64,000 nucleotides of DNA, from NCBI GenBank assembly GCA_030645735.1, contig JAUSNP010000003.1:103411-167410 (forward strand), given 5' to 3'. This document shows positions 56,637 to 64,000 of this stretch, piece after piece. Position numbers and translations under genes: made by a program. The notes under the pieces are model-generated. The model was not told the origin of the DNA. It did not search any database and was given only the letters and a program-made list of their open reading frames with translations. The number at the start of each line of letters is the position of its first letter. Positions within the stretch are counted from its first letter, which is position 1. This DNA comes from Candidatus Moraniibacteriota bacterium (GTDB lineage: Bacteria; Patescibacteriota; Minisyncoccia; Moranbacterales; UBA2206).

Positions 56637-58313
56637 TCAAATAGAAATCAGAAATGCTAGAGCCATCCATAATATCATCTGTCCTTGCTGAATGTCCCAG
56701 AGGTAATGATCAAAAAGCATGATAAATGTGAGACCAAGGAATAGTCCTTGAAATAGCCTAATTACAATCGACGGAAATGTTCCACGTGGAACATTTTTGA
56801 TCGGCTCATATGTTTCACAATGAGAATTGTTCCACGTGGAACATTTTATGCTCGATTCTGGCGCAACTCTCTTTTTTTCAAATTGTTCCACGTGGAACAA
56901 TTTCCACAACATCCAGATAAATAATATCAGTCCAACCAATCCCAACTCACTCCAGATTAGCAAAAAGACATTGTGCACTGGCTGAAATTGCCAGTCAGAA
57001 AGTGCTTGGTTTGTGTTATTGCGCATATTGGCCACGAATTGGCCTGATCCAATGCCAAATATTGGGTTCTGCGAAATTGTTCCACGTGAAACATTTAGGT
57101 ATAGTATACGTTCATCGAGTGACTTGAAAAAAAGTGAGTTGATGTCAGGCTGGATAATAACTATCAACGCGACGAATATTCCTAGCAGGATGATTAATTT
57201 ACGACCAATATGTTCCACGTGGAACAATTTTGTTGCGTAAGTCTTGACACTTGTCCAGTATGCATAGCCAATAGCTATAATTAGGCCTAGAATAGCTGAT
57301 TTTGAGAATGTTAGGATTATAGCAACTATTTGGATTGCTAAAATTATTGAATATGCTCGATCATGGATTGCTTTGGGTATGATGCTTGAAATTGTTCCAC
57401 CCGCCTCGACTCGTGGAGACGACCACTCGTCGACGCGAGGCGGGCGCGGAACATTTTCGGTGGGTTTGTATGTTTCACAGTGAGAATTGTTCCACCCGCC
57501 TCGACTCGCAGAGACTGCTTGTCGATGCGAGGCGGGCGTGGAACATTTTATGTCTAACTTGGAAGTTTTATTTTGTTCCACCCGTCTCGACTCGTGGAGA
57601 CGACCACTCGTCGACGCGAGGCGGGCGTGGAACATTTTTCGGTATACCAATGTTAGTATAATTGAGAATAACAAGAAACCACCTAGAATGTTGGGATGTG
57701 GAAATAAGCCATAAGCGCGGATTATTTTCTCTTGGTTGAAGATGAGTTTGGCTACGCCAGCTATTTCTGGTGAAATTAGGCTTTCTTTTAGCCAAAAAAG
57801 TCCAATTGAATGTTGGACAAGGATTTGCCAAGTGCCAACAATGACCTGGATTAGACTAATTGAGATAAGTATTCTAAAAGTATTACGTAAAATTGTTCCA
57901 CGTGGAACAATTTTGATTATTAAATATAAGAACAAGATATAATATTCAAGTAATTTGATAGATCTGAATAAAGTAATGTTCTGGTTGTCTGACCAAGATA
58001 TTGAGATAAATGACCAAACCACGAGTAGTAAAGGTAGTAAAAATGTTCCACGTGGAACATTAGCAGTTCTTATTATTGACAAAAGAGACTGTTTATTGCA
58101 TAATATCGAAATAAGCCAGCTAATCGCGATTGCGAGCAAAAAGAGGTCACTGATGTATAGATAGATGCCCGTATATTCGTTAAATTGTTCATTGATGGGA
58201 TAAAAAAATAAAACCTTACGCACAGAGAGGGTGAAGGTGGTTAAAAAGCCATAAAAAAACCAAACATCAGGTTGTGTTTTGAAATCATTCCAAATTTTTC
58301 GTAGCAGATTCAT
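56637..58313 (-). CDS. O-antigen ligase (Wzy_C)-like membrane protein interrupted in-frame by multiple palindromic-element insertions
   Basis: 558-aa continuous ORF. The C-terminal half has a Wzy_C-like loop (NPIFGIGSGQFVANMRNN...HNVFLLIWSELGLVGLILFIW). The palindromes are translated in three frames as VPRGT, CSTWN and FHVE(Q/H). Confidence 0.6.
   Translation of the reverse strand: MNLLRKIWNDFKTQPDVWFFYGFLTTFTLSVRKVLFFYPINEQFNEYTGIYLYISDLFLLAIAISWLISILCNKQSLLSIIRTANVPRGTFLLPLLLVVWSFISISWSDNQNITLFRSIKLLEYYILFLYLIIKIVPRGTILRNTFRILISISLIQVIVGTWQILVQHSIGLFWLKESLISPEIAGVAKLIFNQEKIIRAYGLFPHPNILGGFLLFSIILTLVYRKMFHARLASTSGRLHESRRVEQNKTSKLDIKCSTPASHRQAVSASRGGWNNSHCETYKPTENVPRPPRVDEWSSPRVEAGGTISSIIPKAIHDRAYSIILAIQIVAIILTFSKSAILGLIIAIGYAYWTSVKTYATKLFHVEHIGRKLIILLGIFVALIVIIQPDINSLFFKSLDERILYLNVSRGTISQNPIFGIGSGQFVANMRNNTNQALSDWQFQPVHNVFLLIWSELGLVGLILFIWMLWKLFHVEQFEKKRVAPESSIKCSTWNNSHCETYEPIKNVPRGTFPSIVIRLFQGLFLGLTFIMLFDHYLWDIQQGQMILWMALAFLISI
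56778..58059. repeat. Cluster of 10 copies of the 16-bp perfect palindrome TGTTCCACGTGGAACA (7 simple, 3 split by a 45-nt GC-rich palindromic insert)
   Basis: Simple copies at 56778, 56828, 56884, 57078 (variant TGTTCCACGTGAAACA), 57211, 57904 and 58044. Expanded copies TGTTCCAC-CCGCCTCGACTCGTGGAGACGACCACTCGTCGACGCGAGGCGGGC-GTGGAACA at 57393..57453, 57488..57545 and 57574..57634. A composite unit (palindrome-TTTT..TATGTTTCACAATGAGAA-palindrome) is duplicated at 56778..56843 and 57449..57545. Confidence 0.8.
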
Positions 58314-58418
58314 AGTATTTCTTAGTGTTATTATACATTAAATAATATTGATTGACTAAGATTTTATAATTGGTATGATTGATAGGTTGCGAGCCACGGC
58401 GCTCGCGATTGAAGTGGT

Positions 58419-58491
58419 GGGGATATAGCTCATCTGGTAGAGCGCTTCCATGGCATGGAAGAGGTGTGGGGTTCGATTCCCCATATCTCCA
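58419..58491 (+). tRNA. tRNA-Ala (anticodon GGC)
   Basis: GGGGATA acceptor with the G3:U70 identity pair, anticodon loop ATGGCAT, T-arm TGGGGTTCGATTCCCCA. No CCA encoded. Confidence 0.9.
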
Positions 58492-58582
58492 CAAATAGAA
58501 AACTTTGTGTTTACATAACCATTTTCTTTTGTTAGAATGGTTTGTTGATGATATTGTGTATATAGAGATAAATTTAATCATT

Positions 58583-58654
58583 GCCTTCATAGCTCAATGG
58601 ATAGAGCAAATCCGTCCTAAGGATGAGATGTAGGTTCGATTCCTACTGAGGGTA
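58583..58654 (+). tRNA. tRNA-Arg (anticodon CCT)
   Basis: GCCTTCA acceptor, D-arm GCTCAATGGATAGAGC, anticodon loop GTCCTAA, T-arm GTAGGTTCGATTCCTAC. No CCA encoded. Confidence 0.85.
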
Positions 58655-58664
58655 CTAAAAAAAT

Positions 58665-60170
58665 ATGATTACTAAAATTCCCAAACAAGTAATCGAGGTC
58701 TTGCAGAAAATTGAAGAACAAAATTTTGAAGCGTACATTGTAGGTGGCTGTGTGCGTGATTTGATTATGGATAAAATTCCCAATGACTGGGATGTGACAA
58801 CCAACGCGACGCCGGAAAAAATTCAAGAAATTTTTCCAGACAATTTTTATGAAAACAATTTTGGTACCGTCGGAGTGAAGGTGGAAAAATTCACTGAAGG
58901 TGAAGGCGAACATGATGTAGTGGAGGTGACGACATATCGTATTGAATCAAAATATTCTGATAAGCGCAGGCCGGATGAAGTTGCGTTTGCGAAAACTTTG
59001 CAAGAGGATTTGTCGCGAAGAGATTTCACGATGAATGCACTAGCGTTACGCATAACGCATAACGTGGAACGTGAAACGCAAATCAAAAAGCGATCCACGG
59101 TCCACGATCCACGTTTTGAGATCGTTGATTTGTATGATGGGCAAAAAGATATTGAACAAAAAATAATTCGCACCGTGGGTAATGCGGAAGAAAGATTTGA
59201 TGAGGATGCTTTGCGCATGATGCGAGCGATTCGTTTTCATTCACAATTGGGTTTTGCAATTGAGGAAAAAACTTTGCAGGCCATCAAAAAATTTGCGGGA
59301 CACATGCAACACATTTCGCAAGAGAGAATCAAAGATGAATTGGTGAAAATCATTTTGTCAGACAATCCTGCGGAAGGTATTGAGATGTTGCATGAGACTG
59401 GCCTGCTACAATTTGTGATTCCGGAATTGGAAAGTGGTGTGGGCATCGCGCAAAATCGTCATCACATTCACACGATCTATAAACATTGTGTTTTGGCGTT
59501 GCAATTTTGTCCGTCGAAAAAAATGGAAGTGCGCTTGGCTTCACTGTTGCATGACATTGCCAAACCGCAAACCAAACGCGGTGAAGGAGAGTTTGCAACA
59601 TTCTACAATCATGATCATGTTGGTGCGCGCGTGGCCAGAAAAATTTTGCAACGTTTGCGATTTTCAAATGAGATTATTGAAAAAGTTTCGATGCTGGTGG
59701 ACAATCATATGTTCTATTATAATCCGGAAGAAGTGGGTGAATCATCAGTGCGACGTCTGATTCAAAAAGTTGGTTTGGAGAATATGAAAGATTTGATTGA
59801 TGTGCGCATTGCCGATCGTCTGGGATCTGGCACACCGAAAGCCAAGCCATATAAATTGCGCCACTTGGAATATATGATCGACAAATTGTCGCAAGACGCG
59901 GTGTCAGTCAAAATGTTGAAAATAAACGGTCGGGATTTGATGCAAGATTTGGGCATGACTCCCGGACCAAAAATTGGTGCTATTTTGGATGTGCTACTTT
60001 CCGAAGTGATTGAAGACGCCGCTAAAAATGAAAAAGAATTTTTGCTCACTCGTGCCAAAGAACTCGACCAAGAAGACTTGCAAAAATTGCGTGAGATGGC
60101 CAAAGAGAAAATTGAAGAAAAGAAAGAGGAGGATGACAAAGAAATTCGGGATAAACATTGGGTTAAATAA
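58665..60170 (+). CDS. cca: CCA-adding tRNA nucleotidyltransferase with HD domain
   Basis: GGCVRDLIMDKIPNDWDVTT (polymerase beta nucleotidyltransferase motif), RRDFTMNALAL, C-terminal HD (HDIAKP...DNHMF). Confidence 0.8.
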   Translation: MITKIPKQVIEVLQKIEEQNFEAYIVGGCVRDLIMDKIPNDWDVTTNATPEKIQEIFPDNFYENNFGTVGVKVEKFTEGEGEHDVVEVTTYRIESKYSDKRRPDEVAFAKTLQEDLSRRDFTMNALALRITHNVERETQIKKRSTVHDPRFEIVDLYDGQKDIEQKIIRTVGNAEERFDEDALRMMRAIRFHSQLGFAIEEKTLQAIKKFAGHMQHISQERIKDELVKIILSDNPAEGIEMLHETGLLQFVIPELESGVGIAQNRHHIHTIYKHCVLALQFCPSKKMEVRLASLLHDIAKPQTKRGEGEFATFYNHDHVGARVARKILQRLRFSNEIIEKVSMLVDNHMFYYNPEEVGESSVRRLIQKVGLENMKDLIDVRIADRLGSGTPKAKPYKLRHLEYMIDKLSQDAVSVKMLKINGRDLMQDLGMTPGPKIGAILDVLLSEVIEDAAKNEKEFLLTRAKELDQEDLQKLREMAKEKIEEKKEEDDKEIRDKHWVK

Positions 60171-60306
60171 AATTTGGTCATCAGTCATTAGTAATCGGTC
60201 ATTGATATATAATAGTTGGAAAAATAAAGAAGCCAGTAACCGCGAGGGGTTACTGGCTTTTTTGAAGTTGACTGCAAGTCTTAGGAATATGATAATGCTT
60301 TTTTGT

Positions 60307-61473
60307 TTATCCTAATAATTTTTCACTTTGCTTTACCAAATCATTGTAATAATTCATGTATGAGGTAGCTAGTGCTTGATTATTGATTTCTATAACAGTA
60401 GGAACAGTATCAAAAATCTGCAAAACCACGGCACCATCATCGTGGATATTTATATTAGCCAAGTTTTTGACATGGCTCGGGAGAATGTAATATTCATTGA
60501 TGTCTGGGCGTTCCCTAACAAGCCTTTTTTCCTTACTGCCGATTTCATACATCAGCATTCTATACTTGATATTTTTTCTTTTGCGAGTGTCATCAAACTC
60601 TTTATACTTATCTCCCATTGAACTAAACCAAGTATCGCCAACTCCACCTATGACAGTAACAACACTTTTTTCCGGTATTCTATTTATAAAAGCCATGTGA
60701 TATGCCTGAAATTCTTCTTGGCCAGAATAAATTTTAACATCTAATGTTCCCAGGGAAGCACTCCTAATAAAACTACTTATGCGCTTATTTTCAGTTTCTA
60801 ATAAAAACTCATAGGGCTTGCCCTGCTTGATGATCTTTCCTCCATCAAGAAAGCATACATTATCCGCACTCGACAAAGCAAAATCGATATCATGAGCAAC
60901 CATGATGATGCCAACTCCCTTCTCCTTGATTTTTACTAGATGGGATAAAATAATTTCAGCTTGTTCTACATCCAGCGAGGATGTTATTTCATCCAGTAAT
61001 AAGTAATCTGGCTTAAGAGCGAGCGCGCGTACTAATGCCCCGCGTTGTCTTTGTCCAAGGGAGACTTCATTTGGATATCGGTCTATAAACTCCTTCATGT
61101 GAAACATTTTATACAATTCTTCAAGATAGGCCTTGTTTTCTTGCAATAACCCCTTTAGTTTCAATGGTAATTCAATATTTTCGCGTATGGTTAAATGGGG
61201 CCAAATAAATAGCTGTTGAAAGACCACGGAAATTTTTGGCCAAGGAGGTGTTATATTTGAATCATCCTCGGGAAAATTGTATGTTTTGTCATCCAAAACA
61301 ATACTGCCAGATTGTGGTAGTTCGAGCATAGACAATGCCTTCAAAAGAGTTGTTTTTCCACTTCCACTCGGTCCAATAATGGATGTGATCTTGCCTTGCT
61401 CCACTTCTACACTCACATCATCCAAGACAATTCGATTCTCGTATTTTTTTATTATGCCAGATGCTTTTAACAT
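60307..61473 (-). CDS. ABC transporter ATP-binding protein with about 150-aa C-terminal extension
   Basis: GPSGSGKTTLLKAL Walker A, LSGGQRQRGALVRALA signature-like, LLLDEITSSLD Walker B. Confidence 0.8.
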   Translation of the reverse strand: MLKASGIIKKYENRIVLDDVSVEVEQGKITSIIGPSGSGKTTLLKALSMLELPQSGSIVLDDKTYNFPEDDSNITPPWPKISVVFQQLFIWPHLTIRENIELPLKLKGLLQENKAYLEELYKMFHMKEFIDRYPNEVSLGQRQRGALVRALALKPDYLLLDEITSSLDVEQAEIILSHLVKIKEKGVGIIMVAHDIDFALSSADNVCFLDGGKIIKQGKPYEFLLETENKRISSFIRSASLGTLDVKIYSGQEEFQAYHMAFINRIPEKSVVTVIGGVGDTWFSSMGDKYKEFDDTRKRKNIKYRMLMYEIGSKEKRLVRERPDINEYYILPSHVKNLANINIHDDGAVVLQIFDTVPTVIEINNQALATSYMNYYNDLVKQSEKLLG

Positions 61474-61474
61474 A

Positions 61475-62131
61475 TTATTTTTCAGATAAATTTCTGGTAT
61501 ATTTATTTTTTAAATAGTAGGCAAGCAAGTTTAAGGGTAAAGAAACAGCCACAAATAACAAAGCTAAGGCTGTGTATATTTCCACTGGTCTATATATTTG
61601 CGAATTTATCTGTTGTGATATTCTAAATATTTCCTCCACTGATATCAGGCTTCCAAACAAAGACATGTGCATAATGGAAACCTGCAAGGTAATTATCCCT
61701 GGTAAAACTTGTCTAAAGATTATAGGCAATTTAATTTTTAAAAATATATTTTTTTCTTCGATACCACAAACCCTTGCAGCTAATACATATTGAAAAGGAA
61801 AATTTTCTAAGGCCTTTTTAATAAGCTCACCGGTAAGTACGATATTGATAGCTGAAAGCGCTACAATCGTTGTGATTAGTGGGTTTATGACAACACTTAG
61901 TAGGGCTTGGGCTGGATAATGAAGCCAGAAAAGCAAGACTAGGACAGGAATACTTATCAATAAAAAAGAACTGGCTGATAATATTCTGGAGAAAGTTTTG
62001 CTTTTTTGTGCGAGATATCCAAAAATTATTCCACCTAAAACACCAATGGACCAGGCACTACTACAAATAATTAGTGTAGTGCCCAGTCCTCTTATGATGG
62101 CTATTCTATATTCAATCAGAATATTTAGCAT
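61475..62131 (-). CDS. Amino-acid ABC transporter permease (His/Glu/Gln/Arg family)
   Basis: 218 aa, 5 TM, EAA-like loop region. Placed in an SBP-permease-ATPase operon. Confidence 0.75.
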   Translation of the reverse strand: MLNILIEYRIAIIRGLGTTLIICSSAWSIGVLGGIIFGYLAQKSKTFSRILSASSFLLISIPVLVLLFWLHYPAQALLSVVINPLITTIVALSAINIVLTGELIKKALENFPFQYVLAARVCGIEEKNIFLKIKLPIIFRQVLPGIITLQVSIMHMSLFGSLISVEEIFRISQQINSQIYRPVEIYTALALLFVAVSLPLNLLAYYLKNKYTRNLSEK

Positions 62132-62148
62132 TATCTTTTAGATAATTA

Positions 62149-63021
62149 TTATTGAATAGAATATGGCGTAGCTACTGGATAGAATGAATTTCCGAATGTA
62201 TCATACTTTTTAAGTAATTCATCGATAAATCCGCTGTTTATTTCTTCCTTCAAGACGGTGTCTAACATATTTTTGAAGCCAGTCTCATTGGAATTAAACA
62301 TAATAGAATTTCCATCCACTCTAACAATTTTGTTTTCAACTATTTTGAATTTGGCATCAGGATTATTTTTCATGAAAGTGTTGGCAACAAATGGATCTAT
62401 GAACAAGACATCAGCTTTCTTGGTGGAAACATTCAGAAGAAGATCAGATTGTGCTGAAAGTTGAGGCAAGGCAACGACCTGAGCATCTGAGAATCTTTGC
62501 TTGGTCAAGTATTGAGCTGTTGTTCCATCAACAACAGTAACTTTGATGTCTTGTGAATTGATATCCTCCAACTTGTTCAATCTATTATCATCTGCTCGGG
62601 CATAGGCATACATAACATTGTAGGTCACTGGTGTTGAGAAATCTGCTTTGAGCGCGCGGGCGCCATTTGCCCAGACAGGAGAACCAACCATGTCATAGCG
62701 ACCTTGATTCAATCCTTCGATCATTGTTCCCCAACCAACCTCTTCTGTCCATTCAATTTTTAAATTCAACTTTTTGCCAGCTTCTTCGACAACATCATAG
62801 AACATACCACTCAATTGACCTGTGTTTGGGTCCTTAGCTAATTGTTGTGATGTAGTGGCTAGGTAGCCTACTCGTATTTTACCTGCGTTGATTACGCGCT
62901 CTTTTAGTGTCTCTTGCTTTTGGGGTGTTGCATTTTTATTAGCAAAGAATTTTGCAGATGCAAAAGATACTAGAATAATAACAGCTAACACTCCTACGAT
63001 CTTATATATTTTCTGATTCAT
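62149..63021 (-). CDS. Amino-acid ABC transporter substrate-binding protein (SBP_bac_3-like)
   Basis: N-terminal signal peptide. Periplasmic-binding-protein type II fold hallmarks (KIRVGYLATTSQ...). Confidence 0.75.
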   Translation of the reverse strand: MNQKIYKIVGVLAVIILVSFASAKFFANKNATPQKQETLKERVINAGKIRVGYLATTSQQLAKDPNTGQLSGMFYDVVEEAGKKLNLKIEWTEEVGWGTMIEGLNQGRYDMVGSPVWANGARALKADFSTPVTYNVMYAYARADDNRLNKLEDINSQDIKVTVVDGTTAQYLTKQRFSDAQVVALPQLSAQSDLLLNVSTKKADVLFIDPFVANTFMKNNPDAKFKIVENKIVRVDGNSIMFNSNETGFKNMLDTVLKEEINSGFIDELLKKYDTFGNSFYPVATPYSIQ

Positions 63022-63442
63022 ATTTTTTATAAATTGGATTAAGAATTTAATGGCTTGTTTGTTTGTGATAAATCGACCAATATTATCACCCTTCTACTTA
63101 TGGGCAGTGTAATGTTAAAATTTTTCATTACAATAGATTAGTATACACCTAAATGGGCAATCAGTCAATAATGTTAATACAGTTAAATTCGATATATTGC
63201 CTGTATATAGCCATAATCTATGTATAAAATATATAGTGTTGTAAATAATTTACATATAAAACATGTGATATAAACAGTCTTATTGTGTGTTTGGTGCTCG
63301 TACCCAGTCTTTAAATGCTGTGGGTAACTAATGCGTTACTATAGATATTATAACATTATTTGGTGGGATGTGTAAGCATTTTAGGTGGCATGCACATACA
63401 ATAACCAATTATATTAGCCGTGTATCAAAGTCAGTAAGGAAA

Positions 63443-63476
63443 TAAAAACCCCAAACTGAATGTTTCCAGTTTGGGG
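63443..63476 (-). terminator. Rho-independent terminator of the methyltransferase gene
   Basis: Minus strand: CCCCAAACTGG-aaacattc-CAGTTTGGGG followed by TTTTT. Confidence 0.6.
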
Positions 63477-63500
63477 ATCATGCTTTCACAGAAGGTCGGA

Positions 63501-64000
63501 TTATTTGTGGGCTATGAATCCCACATATAGGCAATCTTCCTCGAAGCCTTGCCAATAGTCCTGACCTAGCTTCTGTAGTCCAGCTTCTTCGACTTTCAGG
63601 CGTATCCATTCAACTCCTTGGAATCCACCGTCGATGGCAGTCTGCTCATAATCAGTTGTCGAAAAATCTGAATACTCAGCTGAACAGCTGATTTGCTGGT
63701 CTTTATCTAAAAAATCGACCTGCATTTTACCACTCGCCAATCTTGTAAATCGACGATTGTACAGGATTTGTCCTAATCTTTTGAAATTAGGATTGACCAA
63801 TATGCAAACAAATTTGCCATCATCTCTGAGTGCTTGGCAGGTTGATGCGAAAAACTGTGCCAGATGCTCTTTGTCTCGAGCATAATGCAGGACCAGAACC
63901 GAAACCGCTTTGTCGAATTTTTCGGTGGCTTCAAATTCACTGGGATCAGCTACTACATATTGAATGCCTAGCGAATCGTTTTTTTCTACTTTCTGTGCGT
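63501..64000 (-). CDS. SAM-dependent methyltransferase-like protein, C-terminal part (gene starts beyond window end)
   Basis: The reading frame stays open upstream of the track ORF's Met: ...VEKNDSLGIQYVVADPSEFEATEKFDKAVSVLVLHYARDKEHLAQFFASTCQALRDDGKFVCILVNPNFKRLG... This is typical of the class I methyltransferase C-terminal region. Confidence 0.55.
   Translation of the reverse strand, partial: AQKVEKNDSLGIQYVVADPSEFEATEKFDKAVSVLVLHYARDKEHLAQFFASTCQALRDDGKFVCILVNPNFKRLGQILYNRRFTRLASGKMQVDFLDKDQQISCSAEYSDFSTTDYEQTAIDGGFQGVEWIRLKVEEAGLQKLGQDYWQGFEEDCLYVGFIAHK

Noticed and set aside
56778-58059. The palindrome cluster as a CRISPR array
   Set aside because: Repeats are 16-bp palindromes at irregular spacing inside a continuous ORF. 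There are no uniform spacers and no cas genes, so it is not CRISPR.
58285-58913. Two minus-strand ORFs (101 and 98 aa) overlapping the tRNA-Ala and tRNA-Arg genes
   Set aside because: They overlap well-folded tRNAs and the cca start, so they are spurious.

Overview
This is a low-GC bacterial chromosome segment whose gene content looks like a Candidate Phyla Radiation (Patescibacteria) or other reduced-genome lineage. It starts at the replication origin region: dnaN (partial), dnaA, an oriC-like spacer, then rpmH-rnpA-yidC-jag. It then carries three parts in turn.

- **Surface-glycan operon (4.1-9.7 kb):** a Wzx flippase, two GT2 glycosyltransferases and two O-antigen-ligase-like proteins, followed by a lectin-CHAP cell-wall hydrolase.
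- **Minus-strand envelope / type-IV-secretion-like island (11.2-28.3 kb):** a VirB4 ATPase, VirB6/TrbL-like and VirB3-like membrane proteins, two tandem VirB2-pilin-like paralogs (one fused to an SLT lytic transglycosylase), a 1014-aa surface protein, a TolB-like propeller and a Ca-binding secreted protein. No relaxase or coupling protein is present.
- **Housekeeping genes:** UbiA-family prenyltransferase, ksgA, a yabE-like gene, comM, lspA, a dksA-like gene, yraN, pnp, rpsO, pcrA/uvrD, LysM-CHAP, xerC/D, a SemiSWEET, tRNA-Met and tRNA-Val, ftsH, tilS, cmk, rpsA, an MBL hydrolase, gyrA, tRNA-Ala and tRNA-Arg, cca, an amino-acid ABC transporter and a partial methyltransferase.

The most unusual feature is a third O-antigen-ligase-like gene (56637..58313). 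It is invaded by 10 copies of a stop-free 16-bp perfect palindrome, TGTTCCACGTGGAACA. Three copies are split by a 45-nt GC-rich insert. The palindrome is translated in all three frames while the 558-aa ORF stays open.

Other structure not explained by genes:
- several inverted-repeat-bracketed intergenic mini-elements, including one sitting exactly at the VirB4 start;
- a CTGTCAT-terminated MITE-like pair flanking rpsO;
- a GTAGAGACG hairpin family;
- paired GACACnnnGTGTC palindromes;
- a dispersed AAGTCTAAAG motif;
- 7-mer microsatellites, one inside ksgA;
- a 32-bp perfect palindrome upstream of gyrA.

No rRNA or CRISPR array was seen.
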